Positions 13,266 through 26,269 of a stretch of DNA of 64,000 nt are shown piece by piece (position 1 is the first letter of the stretch; every line of letters starts with the position of its first letter). Under the pieces are notes generated by a model that was given only the letters and a program-made list of their open reading frames with translations, had not been told where the DNA came from and ran no database searches. Source of the DNA: Mobula hypostoma (taxonomy: Eukaryota); contig NC_086118.1 of assembly GCF_963921235.1 (NCBI RefSeq), positions 15,750,001 to 15,814,000 of the forward strand. Reading direction: 5' to 3'. The position numbers and the translations under genes are program-made.

Positions 13266-14165
13266 AATTTTTATGATTTTTTTTTACTGAATAGGGATCA
13301 GAGGACCTGCAGTATCACAGATTCATGCACAAGGTATGTGGAAGAGGGTGAGGTTGTGGTAACAACCAAATTATTTCTTTCAGCCTAATGTGTGGTAACC
13401 AAGCCTGTGACCTCGGTGGACAGCTTTCAAATCCTGAGCAGCAAATTAATCATCTGGTCAGATGTTCCATACAACATTGTGTTGCCCCTCACCAAATCAA
13501 AATTTGTAAAATGAGAAACGTCAGTTGGTTATTCATGCTACAAGCTCATGCTCCTCTGCTGAAATTTGGAAGTGTATATCAAGGACTTAATTTTCAAACT
13601 GGAGCAAAAAAGAAGTTCAATATGATGAAACAAATTAATTTGAGCAAATATTAAAGGATCACTATGGATTTTCACCTCTCTCATTGTTCTCCTTACTCTC
13701 CTGCACTATTAAATTCAGAATGAAGTTTATCATCACTGACTTATCTGAAATGAAATTTGTTGTTTTATTGAAGCAGATCAGTGCAAAGACAGAAAATTAC
13801 TACAAATTACAATATAAATGAACAGTGCAGAAAAAGGGAATAATAAAGTACTGTTCAAGGGTACATTGGCCATTCAGAAATCTGATAATGGAGGGGAAGA
13901 ATTGGTTCCTAAATTGTTGAATGTTGCTCTTCCTGTATCTCCTCCCTGATGGTAGTCAAGAGAAGATGGCATGTCCTGATCGGTGGGTGTTCTTAATGAT
14001 AGATGCTGCTTCCTAGAAGGTGAGGAGAGTTGTGCTCATGATGGAACTGGCTGAGTCCACATCCCTCTTCAGTCTCTTGCAATCCTGCATATTGGAGCCT
14101 CCGTACCAGGCTGTGAAGTAACCAGCCAGAATGCTCTCCACCATACATCGATATAAATTTGCAAG

Positions 14166-15631
14166 TGTCATGGTCCGGTCCGTGAAGTCCCCATTCCGGT
14201 TCACGTCCAGTCCGTGGACTCAGGACTCCAGGTCTTCCAGCTGTCCCTTGTTTTGGTTGAGTTAATCATAGGCACCTGATTCCCATCTTGGGGCTTGGAA
14301 TATAAGTAACCTTGGGGTTGAGTGTGGGCTACTGGTTTGTCTTGTCAAGATCCCCTGGGAGCAACCTGCCAGTGGAAGGCTAGAGTGGCCACTTACCATC
14401 TTTATGCTGCACTGGGGAACCATCCCCTCATGGAGCCTTGCTGTCAGTAGTCGGAGCTGTCCTTGCTGTATGGATTTGGCTGTTTCCAGGGCCAGCTGAG
14501 TGACTGCCAGCCACTCCAAGCTAGATAGGGATCTGGCTGTTTATGTAGCCAGCTGAGGTTGCTGGCTGAACTGTGACTTGGAGCAACCCTGATGCAGAGA
14601 TGGAACAGTCTGTTGTTCTCTGGTATTTGTCTCGTCTTGTCCTTGCTTCTGTGGGGTAAGTCAGGCTGTTCTGCTGTTGCCCTGTGGGGGGACCTATCTT
14701 GTCTTGTCCTTGCCTCTGTGGGGTAAGTCAGGCCGTACTGCCGTTGCCCTGTGGGGGATCTGTCTTGTCTTGTCCTTGCCTCTGTGGGGTAAGTCAGGCC
14801 GTTCTGCTGTTGCCCTGAGAGGGGATCTGTCTTGTCTTGTCCTCGTCCTCGTCCTCGCCTCTGTGGGGTAAGTCAGGCCATTCTGCTGTTGCCCTGCAGG
14901 GGGAACTGTCTTGTCATCACCTCCGTGGGGTAAGTCAAGCTGTTCAGCTGTTGCCCTGCGGGGGGACCTGTGTTGTCTTGTCTTTGCCTCTGTTGGGTAA
15001 GTCTGGCCTTTCTGCTGTTACCCGATGGATGGTCCTGTCCCACCTTGGTGTGGAGATAAAGTTCAGTCCCGGCTTGTTTGAGTATAAGTCCCAGTTCTAT
15101 ATCTATGTACTGTCCTGTCTCATGTCGGTGTTGTGTTAACGATGAGTCCTGACTTTTCAAAGGATAAGTCCTGGCTCTATATTGATGTTCAGTTCCCAGT
15201 CTGACTCTGAGCTCCAGACTCCGAGTTATCAGCCTCAGCATTCCAAGAGCGAAGACCCCAGACCGTCTCCAAGTTCGAGAGCCAAGACCCCAGACCCCAG
15301 CCTGTCTCCAAGTTCAAGAGCCAAGACCCCAGCCACGTCCTGTCCGGTAGCCATGTCATGTCCTTGCCTAGTTCTGGGGTCCGAGCCCGAGGCAAGACGC
15401 AGGTCCTGGGTACTTGTCTAGTCTCTGGCTTGGAGTCCAAGCCCAGGCTCCTAGTTCATAGTTTCTTGTTGGGTTCCCTGTGTCTAGTCCATGCCCTAGC
15501 CCAAGTCTGCGTACTTGTTCCTGCTCCTTGTCTGTATCCTGTCACGTCCCTACTCTAGTCAAGTCCTGTTCCTTGTACTTCAGTGTCTGTGTCTTGGATT
15601 TGGGTCCGTTCCCAACGCCCCCATTGTGACA
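14166..15631 (+). mobile_element. Solo LTR or non-autonomous LTR element (Gypsy-like) with internal minisatellites
   Basis: TGTCA...TGACA termini; perfect 5-bp TSD GCAAG (14161-14165 and 15632-15636); TATA-like tataag near 14301. Confidence 0.9.
14627..15023 (+). repeat. Minisatellite, 6 copies of an approximately 66-bp unit
   Basis: Unit tgtcttgtcttgtccttgcctctgtggggtaagtcaggccgttctgctgttgccctgtgggggatc; GTAAG recurs at 14656, 14723, 14789, 14868, 14930 and 14997. Confidence 0.95.
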
Positions 15632-16319
15632 GCAAGAGTCTTTGGTGACATAGTAAACCTCAAACTCCTAATGAAGGAGAGCTTCAGGCTTATTTTCTTC
15701 ATAATTGCATTAATGCGCCGGGCCCAAGATGGGTCATCTAAGATATTAACACTCAGGAGCTTAAAGCTGCACATCCTTCTCACCACTGTTTCCTCAGTGT
15801 GGACTAATATGTATTCTCCCAATTTCTCTTTCTTGAAGTCCACTGTCTTGCTGATGTTGAGTGCAAGATTGATCTTGCAACATCACTCAACCAGCAGATC
15901 CAACCAAACCTATTATTTCTGCTGTTCTATGGGAAAGTCTTGGAAACCAAGTCTAAATGTTTTTCTAAAAGTTGTAACTTGATAGGAATACTGGGTTTCA
16001 GAATTAGCAAAGCTGTTGCCAGGATCTGCAGGAATCACTTTGATTGTGTGTCAATGGAAAAGTGTAGTCACTCTATGGAGACAGAATTCCTCTGTTCCTA
16101 GAGTCATAGTGGAGAATTTGCAGAATATGGATAGTAACATTGCTCATCCATCATTCCACCTCCATTTATCATTAACTAAGCAAAGTGTGGGGAGGAGAGT
16201 AGCTCTAACGCACATTCTCCACAAGATGCCTCCTTTCTGCATTGCTTATTTGTAACTTATCATTTAGACACCACAGAGCAATACAGCATTGATGTACTTC
16301 AAACTTTAAAGTACTTTTG

Positions 16320-16452
16320 CCCTGAAAAAGGGACTCAGCCTGAAACATCAACTATTAATTCATTTCCATAGATGCTGCCTGACCTGTTGAGTTCCTCCAG
16401 CATTTTATACACGATGCTTTAGATTTCTAGCATCTGCAGTATTTCTCGTTTT
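16320..16452 (+). mobile_element. Penelope-like terminal fragment
   Basis: cctgaaaaaggg..cagcctgaaacatcaac...gatgctgcctgacctg..gagttcctccagc. Confidence 0.7.
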
Positions 16453-16479
16453 TATAAAGTATTCTGAACTTTGATCTTT

Positions 16480-16632
16480 TGAAACCAGCTCTTTGGCCCA
16501 ACCAGTCCATGCCCCAGTGCCCACCCAGATAGTTCAACCCATATCCCTCTGCCATTCTCTCCATGTACTTATCCAAGTGCTGCTTAAATGATACTATTGA
16601 ACCAGCCTCAACCACTTCTCCTGGTAGCTCAT
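16480..16632 (-). mobile_element. CR1 3' fragment
   Basis: ORF 16427-16615: VEAGSIVSFKQHLDKYM. Confidence 0.75.
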
Positions 16633-19600
16633 AACTTGTAATATTTCACTAATTTTTCTGCTAATTTAAGCTTTATGTTCCTGGGGAGACCCTACCCCCC
16701 AATCTCTCCACTTCCTGATATTCTGTACCACCTTCTCCAATGGGTTTGCTCTGGGAGACCAGTGAATGGCCTTAAAACATTTATTTGTATTTACTGTTTC
16801 TTTGTGGGTATTCACAGTAAATACAAGGAAATTATCCTCACGGTAGTATATGGTAACGTATGCTGTATATACTCTGATAATAAATTTACTTTGAACTTTG
16901 ATTTTGAGAGTTGTGCCTTGTGAATGTGGAATGCCTTGGAGTGTAAACAGGTAAGCTGCTTGCAAAAGGATTCCCACTTTGACCTGCTCTTTTAGCTATA
17001 GTATTTATGGAACTGGTCCAGTTGAGTTTTTAGTCAATAGTCATTCTAAACATATCAATGATAGAAGATTTAGTAATAATAATATCACTGAATGTCATGA
17101 TAAGTGGTCAGAAAACATGTAATCCTTTTACTGCTTTATTAGTTTTTTTTCTGGCAGAAATTGCTGTCAGAGAAGGTAATTGAATTAGATTGGTCATTAA
17201 TATTTAAGTAGAATTACAATTATGATTGTAGAATTGGAGTCATTATATTTAAAAGACAGTTAGACATTTAATTAGACAAAACATGGAAGGCAATAACCTT
17301 CCACAAATGGACAAAAGGTTTGGCATGGATGTGGTAAGCTGAAACCCCTGTTTCTGTGTTGTACAAATCTATAACTCTAGTAAATTTAACTTTTTTCTCA
17401 AACAGAGTTCCAGAACATTGCACCAATGACAAATCAAACACAGTCATCAACATATAGCCCAGTAAAACTATTTCAATAGTGGAATGTGCTTAAGATATCA
17501 ACTTCACTTGCAGCTTTGTAACAGTGGCAGAATTTGAAGCCTTTGCAGATGCCAAGATTTGGAATATCCCGTGAGGAGAGTTAACTGAAAAGAACTTGAG
17601 ATTGACAGCTATGACCTCCAACTGTTGCTAGCTTCTCTGTCCCCAAATGCGGGCAACTACATTTAGATGCACTCTGGCTTGAAAGAGTCCTGTTCACAGG
17701 CATGATCCTGATGGAGTTACTTGAAATTTCCATAGGTTAGAGCAGAGGAACTGCATGGGGCAAGAGCAGCTCTCCCATTCAGCTAGTGCAATAACTGCAG
17801 AAGCACCACTTGTTACAGTCTACCCAGTGAGGGACTGTTGAAAAATCTGACGTGCAGAAGTGTCAGGAAATGTTGAGGACGCTTGGCCCAAAAGAGCAGC
17901 AGAAATGATTTAGCAGTGAGTGATAACTTTAATATAAGCTACAAAATAAGAAGCTACAAGGGGCCACAAAATGAGAGAACATTTATTAAACACAACAGGC
18001 AACAAAGTAACTGAAGGCTAGGAGCAAATGGTCGATGACGGCTGGTTCAATGAGTGAACAAAGAATGCGGATGAGATCTAGGTTTAAACGGGCTGCAGGT
18101 GATGAGTTGGACATAAGTGGCAGGTGACTCCTGTTAGCTGGGTGGAGATTGAGAAGTGCCTGCCTGTGCAGGTCTGACAAGAACCCCCTCTATGGCCAGC
18201 ACCTGATGGCACAGGACGATTTGGAAGGGTCCAGTGAAATTCCTCAATGAGTGACGGATCCAAGATGAAACTGGATGGTATCCAAGACCTCTCCTCTGGA
18301 CTGTACCTTACACAGTCGAACAAGTACTTCACACCCCTTCCACAATCACGTGAATTCATTGACCAGCGAACTGTATACACTGGACCTCCTGCTACCGAAA
18401 AGCCCGTAGACAACAGGCTTGATGCAGGACACGTGGAAGGTAGGTGTGATCCTGAGGGACAGTGGCAGCTGTAGATGGTAAGTGACTAGATTGATGTGAT
18501 GTATAATCTTGAACAGACCAATGAACCCAGGCAAAAGCTTGTGGGAGTCAGTGCACAAGGGCAGATGCCTGATGCACAGCTGGACACAGTCCCCAAGCCA
18601 GAACAGTCTCATTGAGCAATGACAGTGGTTGGCCTGGTGGCAGTAGGTGCAGCTAGCAGCTAAGATGGCCCTCTGTGCTCCCTTCTGAGCATTCCACAGT
18701 GACAAACCAGGGCCCTTGCGGACAGGACCTCCACCTTTAATTCCTCCATGGAGAACAACGGGTGTAGGTAGCCTTGAAGCACTTCAAAGGGTGACATGCA
18801 CAGAGGAAAGGAGGTATGCAGATGCAAACAGTTTGGCCAGAGCAGATACTTTTTCCATGTGGAGGGGTCAGAGGTGGTGAAGAATTGCAAAAACTTCTCC
18901 ACTACCCATTTGGCTCCTTCAGACTGATAGCCAGAGGACAAACTCACCCAGAAGTGGAGGAGGGGGCAGAAGACTCGCCAGAACCAGGAGAGGAATTGTG
19001 GGCTCTGGTCTGACACAATGTCCTGAAAAAAGCCATGGAGGCAAACTACACGTTGAAGAATGAGGTCCACCATCTCAGCGGCCTATCCAAGTTGGCTGCC
19101 TTGGTGACCCAGTGCACCACTGTCATGATCACTGTGGTCCCATCGGATGATGACAATTGCATGATGAATCCATGGCAATGTAGGGCCATAGGCATTGAAA
19201 GACTAGTAGGGATCGCGGGAACCCAGAGGGCTGCTGTACAAAGGAACTAGATTGAGAACGTTGAGGGCAGGCAGCGACAAACTGACATACATTTGTGATT
19301 GTAGTGGGCCACCAGAACTGATGTAACGGAAAATCCAGAGTCTGTCGTATGCCTGAATGGCCAGAGAAGGTTGAAGCACTGGAGTGCTTTAGTTTCCCAT
19401 CAGCCAATATATTCTTCCCTCCATTTAATGGCGAGTAGTTCCCTGTCTCCTACTCCAAAACAATGCTGTATAGAACTGAACTTGTGTGAGAAGAAGGCAC
19501 AAGGGCGTTTCCTACCATCTGGTCCTCACTGGGAGACGATGGCCCTGGCACCTACGTCAGATGTGTCCACCACTAAAGTTCTGGAGAGGTTCAGATGGTG

Positions 19601-21586
19601 GAGAATGAGAGTGATGGTGAAGCATCTCTTGAGCTCCTCGAAAACGTGACTGGAGGCACCAGACCAAGTTATACATGCAATAGGTGATTTGGTGAGGGAG
19701 ATGAGGGGAGCGGTGATTTGGTTGTAGTTTCTGATGAAACAGGGACAGAAGTTATAGAAGCCCAAGAAGCACTAGCTGTTTGGGAGAATGGATTTGAGGC
19801 CATTCAATGACGGCACGCACTTTTTCTGGGCCCATGCTTGTGCCTTGGGGTGAAAGGACGTAACCAAAGAAGGAAACTAATTTGGGTGTGGAACTAGCAT
19901 TCTTTTTGTTTAAAACTTGCGGTACAGCTGGTTTCCAAGGAGATGATGAAGGACTGAATGGACAGGGCAGACATAGTCTTGAGTGTCCTTGGAGAAGATG
20001 AGGGTGTCATTGAGGTAGACAAACACGTCTTGAAAGATCTCATAAACGAAGGCTTGGAAAGCATCTGGATTGTTGGAATATTCAAAAGGCATCAACTTGT
20101 ACTTGTAGTGGCCAGTGGGTGCTATGAATGCTGTCTTCCATTCATTCCCCTGGCAGATGCAGATCAGGTTGTACACACTTGTAGATCCAGTTTGGTGAAG
20201 ATCTGGGCCTTGCAGAGTGTTTCCAATGTGTTATCCATCAAGGGGAGAGGATAGGAGTTCTTAACGGTAATTTGGTTGAGTCCACAATAGTCGGTGAAGG
20301 ACGGAGACCCCATTTTTCTTTTTAACAAAGAAGAACCCTCACCAGCTGGAGACTGGGGTTGTCAAGTGTAGCATTTCAGCGAGGTAGTCATTTGGCTTGG
20401 GCCTCAGGATGGGATAGGGAGAAGCAGGACCTCAAGGAGGGGTGATGCTAGGAGGAGGTTGATTGCATAGTTGTGTCATCTGTAAGATGGCAGGGTACTG
20501 GCTTTCCTCTTACTGAAGGTGATGGTGAGGTCATGAAGTTGCTTGATGGTTGGTGAGAGTTCTTTCCATCTCCAGATTTACAGGATGAATTCAAATGAGT
20601 TCCAGGCAGGTGGTCAGCAAGAAACTGGATAACCAAAGTGAGGGTCATGAATGGAGAGCCAGGGCAACTAAAGATGAGAGGACTGCTGGGTGAGTATCAG
20701 AAGGAATTGGATGGACTTGCGATGCTTATCTGAATAGGCCATGTGCGCACTTGGACCATTCCAGACCCCAAGGGCTGTCCATCAATGGCCATGATGCAGA
20801 AGAGGTGAGAGATAGGCTAGGTGGGGAGTCCAGGCAGCACACAGAGTCCAGACCAGAAAGTTGCCAGGTGCTCGGAATCCTCCAGAGCCTCCTGTGCACA
20901 GAGCCATCGGGGTGTGGAGGATGGCAGAGAGAGTGAGTCAGGCTATGGAGCTGGAACACGGGGCCGGAGGGAGCTTACCAGATAGGAGGACACTCTTCTC
21001 TATCTGGTGATGCCATTTTTCCGGATGCCATGGGGACTTCATGTGTTGGTGTTCGGCTGCTTGAAGTAAGCGCACTAGCTATTTCTCCACCGATACTCAC
21101 ACCCTTGTGGGGTTATAGGAGCTAACTTTGACTGCCTAGGTTCTGGAGGCATTGTTGATGATGGTCCTCCAGCCTGAAGTGGCTCTGGCTGCAGATCTGG
21201 ACAGTTGTTCTTTAAGATGTTTGTCAATATGGAGGGCCAGAGTGATGAGGCTTTTTCAAGATCGATGGGCATCTCCCACATGGATAGCTTCTCTGTCAAA
21301 CACTCCAAGAGACTGTGATGGTAGTTGGCCAACAGTGCTTCAGCATTTCAGCTGCACTCTAGCACGAGGCTCCTAAATTCCATGGGGTGAAATCCAGCAC
21401 CAAGCATGAGCCTTGATGCAGCTGATCTACTACCTCCCTTCCACTTTCCGGATAGTCAAAAACCCTGGCACATCACAGCAGTGAAATCCTCATTTTTTAT
21501 TATGGGGGGGGGGGGGCGTCTTATTGTCCCGTTTAGCAGTGGCTCGGGTGAGAGCCCACACAGTAATGAGAAACAACAAAGGCAAT

Positions 21587-22484
21587 GGTGATGACACAAA
21601 GGTTGGGGGGTGTTGTGGATAGTGTGGAGGGCTGTCAGAGGTTACAACGGGACATTGATAGGATGCAAAACTGGACTGAGAAGTGGCAGATGGAGTTTAA
21701 CCCAGATAAGTGTGAGGTGGTTCATTTTGGTAAGTGGCAGAATATAGCATTAATGGCAAGACTCTTGGCAGTGTGGAGGATCAGAGGGATCTTGGGGTCT
21801 GAGTCCATAGGACACTCAAAGCTGCTACACAGGTTGACTCTGTGGTTAAGAAGGCGTACGGTGCATTGGCCTTCATCAATCGTGGGATTGAGGTTAAGAG
21901 CCGAGAGGTAATGTTGCAACTATATAGTACCCTGGTTAGACCCCACTTGGAGTACTGTGCTCAATTCCAGTGACCTCTCCACAGGAAGGACGTGGAAACC
22001 ATAGAAAGGGTGCAAAGGAGATTTACAAGGATGTTGCCTGGATTGGGGAGCATGCCTTATGAGAATAGGTTGAGTGAACTCAGCCTTTTCACCTTGGAGC
22101 GATGGAGGATGAGAGGTGATCTGATAGAGGTGTACTAGATAATGAGAAGCATTGATCGTGTGGATAGTCAGAGGCCTTTTTCCCAGGGCTGAAATGGCTA
22201 GCACAAGAAGGCATAGTTTTAAGGTGCTTGGAAGTGGGTACCAAGGAGATGTCAGGGGTAAGTTTTTTATAATGCAGAGTGGTGAGTATGTGGAATGGGC
22301 TGCTGGCAGAGGTAGTGGAGGCGGAAACGGTAGGGTCTTTTAAGAGACTCCTGGATGGATACATGGAGCTTAGAAAAATAGAGAGCTATGGGTAACCCTA
22401 GGTAGTTCTAAGGTAAGGACATGTCTGGCACAGCTTTGTGGGCCGAAAGGCCTGTATTGTGCTGTAGGTTTTCTATGTTTCTAT
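21587..22484 (+). mobile_element. CR1 LINE 3' part inserted in Gypsy gag
   Basis: LQRDIDRMQNWTEKWQMEFNPDKCEVVHFG; ttctatgtttctat tail; gag reading DQAK|IAF rejoins across it. Confidence 0.92.
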
Positions 22485-23667
22485 CTTGGCCTGGTCTGAA
22501 AAATACAGATATGGCTGGAGCTCGAAGTGCAAGATGCACTGGGACAGAAGGTCGCAGCTTCGGTTTGGGAATTCATCGAAGTGTTCTGGCACTGGAGTCT
22601 GGAGCTCTGAGAGAAGTAGCTGACTGGTGCAGGTAGCTGCATCAAGACAGAGTTGGTTGAGAGTGGTGAGCAGATTGTTAATGTTTTCCTGCTGCTTCTG
22701 GATCGTGTACTCATGTTGACGGATGAGTTCCTTTAGGCAAACAAAATCTGCTGGGTCAATCACGGGCTCCCTCATCCTGTCAGGAAATGTAGAGGAGGTT
22801 TGACCCAAAAACAGAACAGCAGAGAAGACTTGGTGTTGAGGATAACTGCAAAATAATAAGCCACGAGGGGCCACAAAACAAATATGAACAGGTAATAAAC
22901 ACCATAGGCAACAAAATAACTGGCGGCTAGGAGCAACAGGTTAAGGCTGGCTGGTGCAATAAATAAACAAAGACTGCTGTTCTTCTTGTAAAGTTTAATG
23001 GTGAATGGCAGACCAACAAGGTACATTACTGCCACCTACTGAGTTGGAGTGTAAAGTAAAGAGACCATAAATGTTCCCACTAAATTCCCTCGCCAAGAAA
23101 AACCCAAATATTTTGAAGTCTAATGCTTTTCAGAAAGTCAAGTATGCTCTTATATACAAACATTTTTATGTTAAATAGCAGTGATATCCTAACAAACTTT
23201 TCATGTTAAACTGTTTGTCCCAACAATCACAATTTAGCGATTCGATGTTTCCTCTGCACCTCGTAGGAACTGCATTCAAACAATACACTCTGCACCATCT
23301 CTTGACAAATGCACTCCCTATAGATGCCAGTATCATACATATTAATTCTGAACAGGGAATTATTCAACCTAGTATGTCCAATACATAATGTTTAAGTATA
23401 ACTTCTCTTCTATCCCCATCTCCAAGTTGATTCCCACCATCCTTGCAATTTTATATAAATGCCATCCTTTCTTTTCCTTAAACCAACTTTGTTGCCACAG
23501 TGGTTAAATAGACTTCTTAGTTATGGCTTTCTTCTCCTCCTTTTGCAAAGGCACCACTATATTTATATCCTTAATTTTAAGTGACTGCTTGTTTCAGATG
23601 TCTGCAACTTTGTTTCCTTCAACCCCAATATGGGCAGAAAACCACATGAAGCATATACACAGGCCTA

Positions 23668-24722
23668 GACTCTGAAGCTTTAACAAGTTACAGCGGGAGA
23701 TAGAAAAAGCATGTCAAAAAGGTAATGTTACGTTATTCATGGAGGATTTGAATATGCAGGTAGATTGGGAAAATTAATTTGATGCTGGATCTCAAGAGAG
23801 AATTTGTGGAGTTGCTCCGAGATGGCTTTTTGGAGAAACTTGTGGTTGAGCCCACTAGGGGATCAACAATTCTAGGCTGGGTGTGGTGTAATGAACCAGG
23901 TGTGATTAGAGATCTTCAGGTAATAGAACCCTTAGGAAACAGTGATCATAATATGGTAGAATTCACCCTGCAATTTGAGAGGGAGAAGTTAAACTTGGAT
24001 ATATCAGTATTACAGTGAAGTAAAGGGAATTACACAGGCATGATAGAGGAGCTGGCCAAAGTTGATTGAAAGGGAACACTAGCAAGGATGATGGTAGAGC
24101 AGCAATGGCTAGAGTTTCTGGGAGCAATTCCGAAGACACAGGATAGATACAGCCCAAAAATGAAGAAGTACTCTAAAGGGAGGATGATTCAACTGTGGCT
24201 GGCAAGGGAAGTCACAGCTAACATAAAAGCCAAACAGAAGTTAGAGGATTGGGAAATTTTTAAAAACCAACAGAAGGTAACTAAAAAGCCATGGGGGGGG
24301 GGGGAGAAGATGAAATATGCTAGCCAATAATACCAAAAAAGTTACTAAAATTTTCTTCAGATAAATAAAGAGTAAAAGGAAGGCAAGAGTAGATATTGGA
24401 ATGGACCACTAGAAAATGAGGCTGAAGAGCTAGTAACAGGGACAAGAAAATTGTGGATGAAATGAAGAAATATTTTGCATCAATCTTCACTATGGGGTGG
24501 GGGGAGAACTACTAGTTAGCACAGGCAGCTGTAGAGGCCAGGTCACTGGGTGCATTTAAGGAGGATGTTGATAGGTTCTTGATTAGTCAGGGTGTGAAAG
24601 GTTATGGGGGGAAGGGAGGAGAATGGGGTTGAGAGGGAAATGGATCAGGCATGATGAAAGGATGAAGAAGAGTCAATGGGCTGAAGGGCCTAATGCTGCT
24701 GCTATGTCTTATGGTCTTACGG
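23668..24722 (+). mobile_element. CR1 LINE (APE region joined to 3' end)
   Basis: MEDLNMQVDW, DGFLEKLVVEPTRG..PLGNSDHNMVEF; cttatggtctta tail. Confidence 0.85.
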
Positions 24723-25256
24723 TAATCATCTCAGAGGTGGTAGCACGTAGACTCGAACCATAGAACTCACATAACCTAATCACCTAAAGAAACCCTATCT
24801 GGTAACTTTTTTCTATCAAATTTAATCAACACCAACAAGTGTATGTTCTAATTCCACCCAAAATCCTTTTAAACATTTAGCATCCACAACTTTTAACCCA
24901 ACTAAATTATTTTTAACTTGGTCCATGGATACATCTAAAGGCACAACAGAGAACATTATCCAAAACCACTGTTGTTCAACGTAATTTCTTGATTTTACTT
25001 TCCTTCCTCCCACAGATTTTAACCCCCAAGCTTTCTCACATTGCTGATCTGTACAAAACACTAAAAGTGCCCCATCTCTTAAAGGTTTTGTGTCCACAAT
25101 ATCTCCTAATGCTTTATTTCCAATCCTTAGTTAGAATAATTGGATTGCTATCAGAAACAGGTCCTCATACAAAACTCAACAAACCTTAAATTTTCATTGC
25201 TTTTATTTAAATCCTACCTGCCTTCATAACTAGATGATAAACCACCATTATCCTCA

Positions 25257-26269
25257 TTCAAGCAACACACATCAAAGTTGCTGGTGAACGCAGCAGGCCA
25301 GGCAGCATCTCTAGGAAGAGGTACAGTCAACGTTTCAGGCCGAGACCCTTTGTCAGGACTAACTGAAGGAAGTGCTAGTAAGAGATTTGAAAGCGGGAGA
25401 GGGAGGGGAGATCCAAAATGATAGAAGACAGGAGGGGGAGGGATGGAGCCAAGAGCTGGACAGGTGATTGGCAAAGGGGATATGAAAGGATCATGGGACA
25501 GGAGGCCCAGGGAGAAGGAAAAGGGGGAGGGGGGGAAACCCAAAGGATGGGCAAGGGGTGTAGTCAGAGGGTCAGAGGGAGAAAAAGCAGAGAGAGAGAG
25601 AGAAAGAATGTGTGTATATAAATAAATAACGGATGGGGTATGAGGGGGAGGTGGGGCATTAGCAGAAATTGGAGAAATCAATGTTCATGCCATCAGGTTG
25701 GAGGCTACCCAGGCGGAATAAAGATGAAGCCACACTCAGGTTGGAGGAACAACACCTTATATTCCGTCTGGGTAGCCTCCAACCTGATGGCATGAACACT
25801 GACTTCTCTAACTTCTGCTAATGCCCCACCTTCTCCTCATACCCCATCCATTATTTATTTATATACACTCATTCATTCTCATTCTCATTCTCTCTCTCTC
25901 TCTCTCTCGCTCTCGCTCTCTCTCCTCCCCCCCCCCCTTGCCCATCCTCTGGGTTTTTTCCCCCCTCCCCCTTTTCCTTCTCCTTGGGCCTCCTGTCCCA
26001 TGATCCTCTCATATCCCCTTTGCCAATCATCTGTCCAGCTCTTGGCTCCATCCCTCCCCCTCCTGTCTTCTATCATTTTGGATCTCCCCCTCCCCCTCCC
26101 ACTTTCAAATCTCTTACTAGCTCTTCCTTCAGTTAGTCCTGACGAAGGGTCTCGGCCTGAAACGTCAACTGTACCTCTTCCTAGAGATGCTGCCTGGCCT
26201 GCTGCACTCACCAGCAACTTTGTGTGTTGCTTGAATTTCCAGCATCTGCAGAATTCCTTGTGTTTGCGT
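25257..26269. mobile_element. Penelope-like element, head-to-head inverted pair of 3' ends
   Basis: 25257-25720 is the reverse complement of about 25760-26235; + strand encodes a GIY-YIG C-terminus DEATLRLEEQHLIFRLGSLQPDGMNTDFSNF. Confidence 0.9.
26135..26170 (+). ncRNA. Minimal hammerhead ribozyme motif
   Basis: agtc-CTGACGA-agggtctcggcct-GAAAC-GTC-aact. Confidence 0.65.

Larger units (their letters stand above)
13712..15905 (-). mobile_element. Rex1/Babar LINE split by an LTR insertion
   Basis: ORFs 14013-14204 (LANLYRCMVESILAGYFTAWYG) and 15580-15843 (SFKLLSVNILDDPSW) join across the insertion. Confidence 0.85.

Noticed and set aside
14627..15023. CRISPR-like array
   Set aside because: Whole units repeat with no unique spacers; eukaryotic LTR context; no cas genes
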